A DNA stretch of 64,000 nucleotides, from the NCBI GenBank assembly GCA_951406725.2, contig OX597835.1, positions 44,764,001 to 44,828,000 on the forward strand. Reading direction: 5' to 3'. The position numbers were made by a program, and so were the translations under genes. Below the pieces are notes generated by a model. That model was not told the origin of the DNA. It did not search any database and saw only the letters and a list, made by a program, of their open reading frames with translations. Shown piece by piece: positions 14,526 to 26,937 of this stretch; position 1 is the stretch's first letter; each line of letters begins with the position of its first letter. This stretch comes from Octopus vulgaris (taxonomy: Eukaryota).

Positions 14526-15891
14526 GAGATACGCGAAAAAATACCATCAACATTTACATTATGTGTGTCAATGTAGAGTCTAGGCACAGCATTGGATGAG
14601 AAACTGAAACATTTCCCTGCATGTAAAACAAATACGGCTTCACTGTATTTGTCCTGACCTACAGCGCCTGAGTTTAAATTCCACTGAGATTTCCTTTTTA
14701 TTTTCATCTAATATTATCAATTCAGGAATGTGGATTGGTAGAATTGTAACAATGTCGGAAATTATGTCTAATGTTATTTGATATAGTTCTTTGTGTTCTA
14801 GAATATAATCTCGAAGCGACCAATTACAATGGCTGACATAATCCGTCACCTTATTTAACACCACCACGTGGCCCTTTAGTTTACTTCAGCGGATTTCTCT
14901 TCGTTATAAGCATTCGGGTCTAGTTTACATTGAAGATGTCGTCGTCTATCCTTTTCACTCGACGGCCCAATGCGTGGTGGTGATCACTAACTTTTCTCCT
15001 GATGAATCGAATATATAGACTGATGTGTTCATCATCACTTTGGAAAGTCTACAGATGAGCGGGACACGTTTTGTCATCTACACCAGAAATATGTCGATCG
15101 ATCTCACATGTCCAAATGGTACACTGGGGAATAATCGATTAAATTATCTTCCAGTGTTTTCTTGCTGCATTGTTGTATCCATTGGGCCAAACAGTGGACA
15201 GGTCTTCTGCAAAGGGTCATAAGTAAATGACGCAAAATATGTTGCTCCGTTTTGCATAACACAATGCCAAGGCCCTGCCTTTTCCAGCATTAGCAAATTG
15301 ATCTAAAGAGTTCTTTGGCTCAATGAAGCTAATTCTGGGATACATACATAGTCGACTGCTTCAACTGATGCAATGAAATGGTAAAATTTTCGACAAAATT
15401 GAATTCGCTTCTCAATTAGTTTTAGATCAATGCAATCGTGCATATGACTTTTTGAAAAATAGTTCTATTAGAAGTAAAATATGTTATAGGAATCAACCTC
15501 CTTTGCTATACACTTCCAAATAATTCACATGTTGACATGTAAATGACATAAGATAAGATTTGGGGATATTCATAGATCTCGAAATTAAATTATTGTCACA
15601 AAGCCACAAATGAAAGGAAGTGCCTTTAAGCGAATATTGAAAGCATGTCACCGAAGACACACATAGAAATTCAGCATTGCTTCAAGACATGTAACAAAGA
15701 GTCCATAGTGTCTGGAATGTTTTCTTACTTCTGGTAGAGAAATTTTCCAAATTCTCATCCTCCGCTGGGTGGTAATTGAATCATACCATTTGCACGAACT
15801 CCATAAAAAAGGCTTATTATGTATTTCGGGCATATACATACATACATACATACATACATACATGGATATATATACATATATATGTGCATGA

Positions 15892-15925
<34 letters not shown>

Positions 15926-16605
15926 ATTTGTATATAACAAATATTGCTAAAATATAAATATTTAATGCGATGTAATTGCACATGTTGGAATAAGTTGCTC
16001 ATTGATCCAACTTATGAAATATTAATTATGCCAGATCGCAGCCAGCAACGACACATCTAACCTCGTATGACCTTAACATATAAGTTATTTAAATTGGAAT
16101 ATCAGTAATGGTAATAAATTTTACATTTATAGGAGATTTGGAAAGTATATCACATCTCTGTTATTAATTTACGTTCTTCCACGTTCATTACAGTTGTTCG
16201 CAATATATAATGGACTAGTTTTGAATGCGAGCCATAAGCACACAGGATTTCATAAAAGACAGATGTTAGACAAACGCTTAAAATTTGCTCCTCTGTGCAT
16301 TCATAAGTATATTCTAATTTGTTCAATGTTACAAATATTGCTGGGACGTAAATATACTTGATGAGCTTTCATAAGGCGAAACTCATCCACTGTCCTTATT
16401 AGAAAATTCAACTGTTTGCCGTTGACGTTTCTGACTTGTATTTATCGATTCGGACGCAATGCTTTACATAATTGCTGAGAAATGGATTAAGTGCATTAAT
16501 ATGTAAGTCTTTTTGCAAAACCTGTAGGCTACAAAGGATTTTCGCGTGATGGATGCCAGGAAGGGATGAATTCATCCGCTGTACCAGGACAGGGGATGAA
16601 TTCAG

Positions 16606-16606
<1 letters not shown>

Positions 16607-16636
<30 letters not shown>

Positions 16637-16887
16637 TGTATGTATGTATGTATGTATGTATGTATGTATGTATATATGTATTTATGTATGTATATATGTA
16701 TTTATGTATGTATGTATGTATGTATGTATGTATGTATGTATGTATAAATGTATTTATGTATGTATGTATGTATATATGTATTTATGTATGTATGTATAAA
16801 CGTATTTATGTATGTATATATGTATTTATGTATGTATGTATGTATGTATGTATGTATGTATGTATGTATGTATGCATGCATGTATGA

Positions 16888-16937
<50 letters not shown>

Positions 16938-16948
16938 ATATATATATA
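16607..16948. repeat. (TATG)n followed by (TCTA)n microsatellite
   Basis: Directly visible. Confidence 0.95.
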
Positions 16949-17129
16949 CTTTATTTAAAGCAGCGGAAAATTCAACAAAACCTGTTACTCTGAGTTTCCC
17001 GTTGCCGATGAAGGGCAACGAGATACTCAGAGTAACAGGTTTTGTTGAATTTTCTGCTGCTTTAAATAAAGTATTACTCTACCACTGGTATTTGAGTACT
17101 CTTTTTTCCACCTTGTTTCACATTTATGT

Positions 17130-17131
<2 letters not shown>
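16949..17131. mobile_element. Palindromic insertion of HHR family C (PLE pseudo-LTR fragment)
   Basis: Inverted arms ~16949-17005 / ~17014-17071; right arm continues into the tail shared with 54001-54141. Confidence 0.75.
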
Positions 17132-17170
<39 letters not shown>

Positions 17171-17219
17171 TCTCTGTGTGTCCATCTCTCTGCACACATA
17201 CACACACACATACAAACAT

Positions 17220-17475
17220 TCTCTTATTCTTTTAGTTGTTTCAGTCATTTGACTGTGGCCATGCTGGAGCTCCGCCTTTAATCGAGCAAATCGACCCCAG
17301 AGCTTATTCTATGCAACTCTATTACTTATTCTATCGGTCTTTTTGCCGAACCGGTAGGTTATGGGGACATGAACACACTAGAGCGCTTGTCAAGCGATGT
17401 TGGAGAGACAAACACAGACACACACATACATATATATATACATACATATACGACGGGCTTCTTCCAGTTTCCTTC
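17220..17475 (-). mobile_element. SINE family A, partial
   Basis: tgtttcagtcatttgactgtggccatgctggag... tail and body. Confidence 0.8.
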
Positions 17476-17483
17476 TACGTAAT

Positions 17484-17528
<45 letters not shown>

Positions 17529-17944
17529 CATAAAAGTAATACCCTTTGGAAATAATTATGTTGCTAATAATTAACATGTGTAAATATATATGTAAAGATA
17601 TGCGTGAGCGTTCGGCGTGTATGTGGGTGTGTGAGTGCGCATTTGTGTGTGCGTGTGCGTTTGCGTGGCTTTGTGTCTGTGTTTGTCCGCACCACCGCTT
17701 GACAACCTGTGTTCTCGTGCTTAAAACCCCGTAAATTAGCGATTTTTAGAACAATGGACAGACAGAATACGCAGCAGACGAAAACGGAAAGATATGCAAA
17801 ATCTCTGTGTATATACATACATACGTATATATATAAATACATACATACACTCGTAGATTGATATGTGTGTGGGTGTGTGTGTGTACGCACATATATATAT
17901 ATATATGTATAAACGTAAATCTATTTACTATTCTTACGTCATGG

Positions 17945-19650
17945 ATGTTGCTGATAGTGACTTCGAAAATACGGCTAGTTATGCCACCTTTGGACTGCGA
18001 TGCAGAATTAATAAAAAAATGCTACCGAATTTGTACAAATGAATCCTATCCATGAATCAAATCCTGAACCGAAACTTCGAAATAATCTCAAAATCTTAAA
18101 AGCATAAACATACTTTAAACCAATAATCTTTTCTAACCTCAAAATTTGATATTATCTCGCCAACTCCCCCTCAACCACCTCCACTATAAACTCTTCTCAT
18201 AATACAAATTTTAGAAACACTTTTTCTCTTTTATATTTTGCACTAAGCAATTATCATCGATCTTATCTACAAGTCATCCTATCTCCTACTAAACTACGCA
18301 GTAAAGGTTTTTCTAATATAACTACGTAAACGTACTTAAACGCTCATAAGATTGATAGTTGTATGCAAGCTCTTTGAAAAAACATTTTCCATTATTTTTG
18401 TTAATTATATTTTTTATTCTCATCTTTGTACATGAAGATATACACACCTCCTATGTCAGTTCAACTTATGATGTATGTAGAACAGAATTTGAAGAAATTA
18501 TATTAACAAACACCAAACTCTACCTCCGCGAAACAAGAAGTTTAAAATCCTTATACACTCATAAAATTGTTTACGGAACAATAAAACCCTAGAGAGAAAC
18601 ATAATTATACAGTCTTCACTGAAATACTATTGTGAACTTCGAAACAAACGATACACCTTACTATACTAACAAAACCATAACACGCCTGTCTAATAAATCG
18701 AAACTTCTAACCTAAAAGAAAGGAAATCGTTTCAATAATAGTAATATCACTTATAAAAATGACCAGCTAAAACTTATGACCTACCTACATTCTTTTTTTA
18801 AATAAATTTGGAGGAGCTGTGTGGTATGTAGCTTGCTTACCAACCACATGGTTCTGGGTTCAGTCCCACTGCGTGGAACCTTGGGCAAGTGTCTTCTACT
18901 ATAGCCTAGGGCCGACTAAAGCCTTGTGAGTGGATTTGGTAGACGGAAATTGAAAGAAGCCCGTTGTATATATGAATATAAATATATGTATATATGTGTA
19001 TATGTGTGTGTGTCTTTGTTTGTTCCCCCAACATGCTTGACAAACGATGCTCGTCTGTTTATGTCCCTGTAAGTTTGCGGTTTGGCAAAAGAGAGCAAAT
19101 AAGTACTAGGCTTACAAAGAATATGTTTAATTAAAGGCGGTGCTCAAGCATGGCCACGGTCAAATGGCTGAAACAAGTAAAAGAGTAAAGAGTAAAGAGC
19201 ATCTAATTAATAAAGGCTGAAACTCTAGACTTCGTGCCTTTGATCTTTACAAAGAAAGATGATTAAATCCAATAATATCAAAAGCGAAAAATATGATCAC
19301 ATATTGAGCCTAGCTTACAAAACAGAAACTTGTTTATAAAGTTCTACACGCATCGAGAACGGATAAGCAATAATATAAACCACAATTTGATTCATAAAAA
19401 TTTCTCCAAATTACATTTGCGTAACAATAAAGTATTAAAAAATCCAACTAATTAACACCAAATCAAAAACAGATACACGCAAAAATGATTTTAACTCAGG
19501 AGAGACTGTTTAAGGACAAGAACAATTCTAAGGGATTCCAGTCCGACGATAGTTTAACAAGCCGAAACCTCGAAGTCAGGGTCGAGAACATTTTTGTATA
19601 AGAATATTAAATTGTATGATAATAATCCATCGAGTTAATGTAAAAATTGT
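17945..19650 (+). mobile_element. Old PLE-like element with inverted 5' piece, interrupted by a SINE
   Basis: Degenerate HHR ccgacga...gccGAAAcctcgaagTC at ~19540-19580; diverged inverted copy of that segment at ~17955-18000; body resembles 690-1180. Confidence 0.4.
18810..19199 (+). mobile_element. SINE family A
   Basis: Full head, body and (gagtaaa)n tail. Confidence 0.85.
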
Positions 19651-21098
19651 TTTGATTATAACTGGACGGTGCCCCAGCATGGCCACAGTTCGTGAGCTGA
19701 AACTAGATGAAAATGAAATAAAAATGAAATGGACATAAACACAAACTTGTATGTGTGTGTGTCTGTGCGTGCGTGTATGCGTGTGTGTGATGACGAATAA
19801 CCTAGTGATGCGGACGTCGGGCTTAGCAACATTGGGAGTTCGATACCCGGAGCGAGCAAGGTTGAGGTTCTTGAGAAAGGAAACAGAATAAATAAAAGAG
19901 AAGAAAATAGTTGAAGGGACAAAATGTCGGGAGGTGAGGTAGCGATTGAGCTTACGTGAACGTTGGGTTAATTAAAATACGTCTGTGACATATTTCAACT
20001 TCAAAAAGTCAAATTCCCTGCAACTACTGCGGAGAAAATTTCTCTCTTATGGTAAAACGGTGTAACAAATGCCATATGTGTTCAGTGCTGCCCCATGTTG
20101 GATTCGCAGCATATATAGGTGACAATATGACGAAGAGAGGTGACTATGGGCAAACTTAATCTAAGATGCATCTTTAATTAAATGACTGCCAAAAGCATTG
20201 GCTGAGTGGCGCCATCTGATTGCCAGGTCGGAAGAAAAAAGTTACAGGAGAACAAGAACTAAGCCTAAGCAGATTTTAGGCACAAAGGAAATTTAGATTA
20301 GCGAAATATTTTTCGGCCTAGTGTTGTGATGTCGCAACTCAGTCAAATGACCTTCTCTTCCGCAAATATGTTCCTCTTGCTCTGTGCTACGGTACGTAAA
20401 GATACACAATTTTAAAACTACATTGTCGTAATTGAACAAAGAGAAATATGTACCATGTCAGGAAGGAAAATTTTCATAGCTTTTAAGATTTCCTTCATCT
20501 GATTAGCAGCTTGCCTAAGTTGATGTTTCTAACATTTTGTGGTCGCTTATGCCTGTAAATACTTCGAGTTAGTTGATATATGGAGGAGATATATTTATGG
20601 AGTAGATATATTTGATAGATGGAGTAGATATATTTACGCCTACAGTCATTTCTAAGTTAATTGGAAAGAATGATGCCATGTTGTTTTTCATGTATGTATT
20701 GGTGGATGTAGAAATCTTGTCGATTTCAATGAGTAGATTTTAATTATGAAACGGATGTATTTTAATCTATCATAACAGATATGTCTTTGCTTTCAAGGTA
20801 GCTTGATACTTCTGGTTCACTTCAGAGAAGTGAAGTGGTGTTCTACTAAAGACGTTTATAACTATAGTGATACTAAAACTAAGTTGCATATGTTGCTTGA
20901 TAAGGAGTGTTTACAAAATATCTTCACTGCGGTGCTTCATGTTTAAAGTTCAGTTAGAAGCCGCGGTAAAGCCAGCATTTTATAAACGGGTGATTTGTGA
21001 ATATTTGAGAATTAAAAGTAAGCGCAATCACACATTGAGATAAACATAGAAATACAAATATATAATATGCTTATATATACATACATACATAAATATAC

Positions 21099-21156
<58 letters not shown>

Positions 21157-21161
<5 letters not shown>

Positions 21162-21343
21162 TTTAAGGAGCTTCTACAGGACTAGAACTGTTTCATTCAA
21201 AGGAAATCATCAGTGCTGATGATTTCATTTGAATGGAACAGTTCTAGTCCTGTAGAAGCTCCTTCTATAAAATAAATTAATTTACTCTGCTATGTATTGA
21301 GTACCTTATTTACTGTGGTTAACCCCGACTCAACCCGGGACCT
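21157..21343. mobile_element. Palindromic insertion of HHR family B
   Basis: Arms 21165-21213 / 21216-21264 are the CTGATGA...GAAA...GTA part of the HHR seen intact at 32201; inserted in (TA)n. Confidence 0.8.
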
Positions 21344-21355
21344 ACATATATATAC

Positions 21356-21411
<56 letters not shown>

Positions 21412-21453
21412 ATGTATGTATGTATGTATGTATGTATGTATGTATGTATCTAT

Positions 21454-21501
<48 letters not shown>

Positions 21502-21518
21502 ATATTTAGGTAGATGTA

Positions 21519-21714
21519 TACGAGGGGTACTGAAAGTACTTGGTTTCAAGGGTCTCGCGAAAGGCCAGGCTGGATGCCCAAACTTCCGAATGATTTTACA
21601 GGACTTTAAAAACTAAAGGACCACTCAGAGTGGAAAATGCTGAATAAGATCATAATTCACTAATCCTCCTTTATTTTTTAACCTAAGCCAGGAAATTATG
21701 AGCACCCAATCGTA
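21519..21714. mobile_element. Degenerate mariner-type MITE
   Basis: Imperfect TIRs tacgaggggtactgaaagtacttgg / ccaggaaattatgagcacccaatcgta with TA ends; related element at 57028-57229. Confidence 0.45.
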
Positions 21715-22532
21715 TATACAATGTATATATATAATATTTAGCTATATCTAATAACCAGTTATCTAGCAAGCGCGGCCTCATATCAGTGAGGGGCCGGTGC
21801 GCATTGATGGCTTCGAGTGGTAGGCCCCGAAACGGGGCGCATTCTCTCTTGATGACACCATACACTTGCTGGCTTCCAGTATGCGGAGTTCTCGACTGAT
21901 TACACTTGTATGTGCAAGTTGTGTGCAAGGCAAATATATATATACATACAAATATTCACATACATACATATCTATAGGCACACATAAATACATACTTACA
22001 TAAACACGTCGTCTGTGTGTGTGTATGAGATTATTTCTAAATACGCGCTGGAATAAATGTTTGTATATATTGAAAACAATGAATAAATCAGAGTAATATT
22101 ATGGAATAATTTTTTTTATAATTGTTTCTGGTTTTGTCTCTTCAGAAATAGTCCACTAAAATAATAAGTTTGAATTCGTTCAGTTTTCTTCCTTATTTGC
22201 GTTATTATTACACTCCATCCGATAGTAAGTATAAGACAGACATTGTTCTCTGTATCTCACTTTCTAAAATAGTTTCTCCAACTCATATATATATGTGTGT
22301 GTGTATATGCGTGTTTCTGCGTGTGTCTGTATGTTTGAGTGTAAACGCGTGTGTGTGTGCGCACGCGTGTGTGAATGTTTGTCTGTGAGTGAGTGTATAT
22401 ATAATGTTTTACTGTTCAATGTGTCTGCGGTTTCGTGTGACAACTAATCTAAATTTTAACTTGCTAAGATGCAAAATCCGACTATAGATTTATCTGCTTG
22501 CCTCAGGCCAAAAATAAAATAAATGTAGGTCT

Positions 22533-22596
<64 letters not shown>

Positions 22597-24831
22597 TGTA
22601 TGTATGTATGTATGTATGTATGTATGTATCTATGCATGTATGTATGTGAGTGTGTGTGTATATGTATACGTATGTATATATATATATATGTATATGTGTG
22701 AGTGCGTGCGTGTTGCTATATGTGTATATCTATCTATACACACATACGTAGGTATATACATGTATACTTTAATACACATACACATGCACGCACACTGACA
22801 GACACATGCACACACAGATACATACTTGTTAGTGTATGTAACGCAGAAAGACATACAAGCATATACATACATGCTACGCGTGTTATATGTTGGTATGTTT
22901 GCACATACATTTGAATACGAAAATATATCGACTAAAAAAAAGAAAACAAAAGGTTAAACCGTATTTCTATATAAATTTAATTATATTGATGTTTTAATGA
23001 CATGTGAACATGTTTCATATACACGCACGCCGTCAAAGAAATGTATGCTTGTGTGTATATATGCACAGACGTTCCACAGATCCTCCTGTAGTTTTGTTAG
23101 TACGTAACCTTTGTTTTCCAGACTTCTGTAGATCTTAGATAAAATAATCGGTGAAATCTCTGTCTCCGTTATGACCTATATACACCACAGGCATAGTATT
23201 GAAGACAACGTACCAATGATCGTGTCTCCATAAGACGGTGATCGTGCTGAGTAGAATAACTAGATCACCCCAATAACAAATCTTTTTCGTTTCTAAGGTA
23301 GTTAAAAGTCTTTGATTAATCAGGTCTTTCCTCGTTTCTAAGGTAGTTAAAAGTCTTTGATTAATCAGGTCTTCGCTGTAAAATAACTTATGAAAGAATC
23401 CAGGATGCTCACCAATGGCAAACCTATAATATTTCATCTGTTCAAAAACAAATACACGCAACAAGAAAAGAAAATGGCAAGCAGTGTGAGTCGTTAAACA
23501 AGCACTTTGGTTTCATTAAAAATACTCTCCAACATTATTTAAATAATCCCCTAAACGTTCTTTAGAATACAATACTTGTAACGTATTCTAGTTCGAATGT
23601 TTTGACGGGATTATGCATGGCTAAAAAATATTTGCTGATAAGTACGCTCAACGAGAGCTTCCGAGACTAAATAGGAAGACTGTAAAATCCCCCACCAAAC
23701 AAAACACGAAGGTAATTTCCTTAACTGATCAAGTCTGTGCTTTTTAGCACCTAAAATCCATTTAAAATGATTTCTGAAGATAATTACTTCAGTCTATTGT
23801 GTTCTTAACTTAACATTCAATTTAAGTCGGATGTGCAAATTAAGATATAATTGTATTTGTTATTTTCTTTTATCATCAATAGTAGCTGAATATTCATTAT
23901 CATCATCCTCATTGTTCTCATTATCAACGGCACTGTCATTATTCCTCGGAAAGTTAACACAGCCTGCAGAATGTCAGGCAATGTTCCTTTCAGAATTCAG
24001 TCGTTTGTCTGAAGGTTCTGTGTCCTTGCTTAGTTGTGGGTCAATGAAATAGATTCTACCCACCCCTTGTAAAACTTCATAGAATTGTGTCAATATAAAA
24101 AATAAATCATTATTGAAATCCCGAGTGTCACATCTGCAAACTGTACTAAGTGGTTCCAGAAGTAACCTTGTGTTAATAGGACTCAGAATGTCCACAGATA
24201 TAAAAGGAATATTCGAAGGATGTCTGGAACATCCTTCGAATATTCATAAGTTAGGTATTAAACTGTGGATTTTATGTTAGCAATATTTTTGGCAAATGTA
24301 TTCATTGGAATTTCTTGGCGTTATATTTCGAAGAAAATGGATACTGGCGATTAAGATAAGTAGAGAAATTTGAGGGGAAATTTAATTTACGTTGCAATAA
24401 AACATTCTTTAAACACTCTTAATGTCAACCAGAGAATTTGAACTGTTGGGAATCTTTTTTAACTTGGGTTTTATGAATATTGTTCAAACTTCTTTGAAAT
24501 CCGAAATATATGAATGTTCACCGGGTTTTTAAAAGAGAGCAAAGCTACAGGAAGCTAAAACACATATGATCCCATAAAGCACTTGCTACGACTTCTCAGT
24601 GTTGTATTCCTCACCACACAGTTGACGGGAATAGCCGAAATATGCATTACGGATCTATAGCAAGAGGAAGGGTGTGACCCACCTCAAATAAACATTAACA
24701 TTTGTATGACGTGAGGGCTAAGGGTAAATGAAAGAGTCACCACTGGAGTTTGCCAATGATCACTATGCTGATAGGTACTGAACAGAATAAAAATGCAATC
24801 TATAAATCTCTTTGAATGACAAATCACCTAT

Positions 24832-24890
<59 letters not shown>

Positions 24891-24949
24891 CACATATATA
24901 TACACACACCCATATACACATATATATACATACATACACATACATACCT

Positions 24950-24994
<45 letters not shown>

Positions 24995-25068
24995 CACACA
25001 CGCACATATATATACACACACACACATACATACATATGCATATATATGTGTCTGTGTATATATATGTG

Positions 25069-25119
<51 letters not shown>

Positions 25120-25193
25120 GTATGTATGTGTATGTATGTATATATATGTGTATATGGGTGTGTGTATATATATGTGTATATATATATATATAT

Positions 25194-26787
25194 GTAGATA
25201 AATATAACCGGGTCTTTAATAGTATAACATTATTTTTTAAGCAGATATCTGCGATTTCTCACACTATACTTATCTTTTTCTTTGTAACTACACCTAATTT
25301 TAAACATTTGGAAATTTAAAATAGTATTCGTACATTGCTTAATTGAAAGTTTATCTAATTCTTAATTCTTAAATCTTAATTTTTAGTGTTTATTTAATTC
25401 TTAAATCTTAATTTTAAATTTTAATTTTTAATTTTTAATTTTTAATTGTGGAACTTAATCTAGTTTAGGTAACACTACTTTAATAAATTAAGTGACTAAA
25501 GCTTAGCAATTCTATTACAGAATTAATTAAGCGAAGAAACTCCCTTGAAAGTAGTATGATAAACTTCAATAAAATTGACAATTCCATCACACCTTGTTAA
25601 TTAAATTCTAGGTTTTGACTGGTAGTCCGTTAATGTTATTGATAGTAACGGCTACAATTTTAAGACAGTAACATGAATAAATAAATAAATAAATAATTTA
25701 AATGACCTTTGGTTAAGGGTTGCACCTAGATCCTTTCTCTTATTGTATTTCCTTTTAGCGATAGCTATTGACCCCTCTGACCATGTTTATCTCTTTAAAT
25801 CCTCTTTAGATTCATATCTGCTTTCATCCGTGTCAGGTTGATAGTAAATAGCTGTGTACTGGTCAAAAAAAAAAAAAAAAAAAAAAAAAATTTTCTTTCC
25901 ACATAGTTCCTGAATTCTTAAAGTTTCTTAAAGATTCAAGCTAACTAAGCTATCTACAAATTCTTCTGTATTTGGTCACTTAAAAAAAACAAAAAAACCC
26001 CTCCCGCTAAGTTGTCACAGTATACTCTATATAGGCGCCTTTTCTTTTCTCCCCATTCCACTTTTTCTTTCTTTCTTTTCCTTTTTCTTTTTTCTTTTTC
26101 CTTTTCTTTCTCTTTCTTTTCCTTATTTCTTCTTCTCCTTTTTCTTTTTCTTTTTTTCTTGTCTCTTTCCTTTTTCTTTTTATCTTATTTTATTTTCTCT
26201 GCCCCACAAATAAATTCCTTCAGCCTTTAGAATTCTCAACATAGCAGTTTTGCACGGAGAGCAATAACATGGCAAATTACCTTATCATATAGCATGAAAT
26301 GATTGTGAATTAATAATGGTTAAATACATCGTCTGTGAGTATGAAATCCCTCATCTTACCACTGGAAATGTAAATCTTCACTATGGATTAATTCACCTTT
26401 TCTGTGAAGCTAATAAGTCTTTAAAAACCTGTGATAAGTCTGTGCATCATCCTCTTCATATCCCTGGAAATTTAAATCTACAACATGGATTGATTCATCT
26501 TCTCTTCGAAACTAATAAGTTTTTAAAAATCTGTGATAAGACTGTGCATCATCATTAAGGAACTTTGGAAAACTGTTTACAACCTATATCTGCCTCTAAT
26601 GGAACTATCTCCAATATCTCATGAGTATAACCTCACCCACTAAGATGTCTAGAGAACTCAAATGTATTTTAGCTGATGAGTACGGGACACTTTTATCTGC
26701 TGCAACTTTTGCAACTTGTAATAAAGCCTGTCTTTGTATGAAACAATTGTACTAAAAACCAATCCATTCTTGTTGCTTCTTTCTCGT
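25194..26787 (+). repeat. 5' pseudo-LTR of the PLE
   Basis: Near-identical to 29797-31456; differences are mainly homopolymer/pyrimidine-tract lengths and a ~63-bp duplication in the 3' copy. Confidence 0.92.
26667..26757 (+). ncRNA. Type I hammerhead ribozyme (PLE pLTR)
   Basis: ttttag-CTGATGA-gtac...gtat-GAAA-caattg-TA-ctaaaa; 6-bp stem I, palindromic stem III, predicted cleavage after 26751 (GUA). Confidence 0.85.
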
Positions 26788-26937
26788 TTATAATCACCCC
26801 ACATTACTGTATGGATAACACCATATAGTTTTTCTGGTGCATCTAAGTTAAGTACCACATTCAAGTAAATTGTTTGGAAGTTACTTGAATCTTAATTGAT
26901 TTGATTGAATACATTCCCATACAGTCCGTATGTTTTT

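Noticed and set aside
23974-24075. LQGVGRIYFIDPQ resembles the alpha-kinase DLQG...TDPQ motif
   Set aside because: The following Gly-rich and Cys/His motifs are missing and a stop follows; probably chance.
24208-24246. Short palindrome gaatattcgaaggatgt...acatccttcgaatattc
   Set aside because: Isolated, with no ribozyme core and no second copy; cannot be interpreted.
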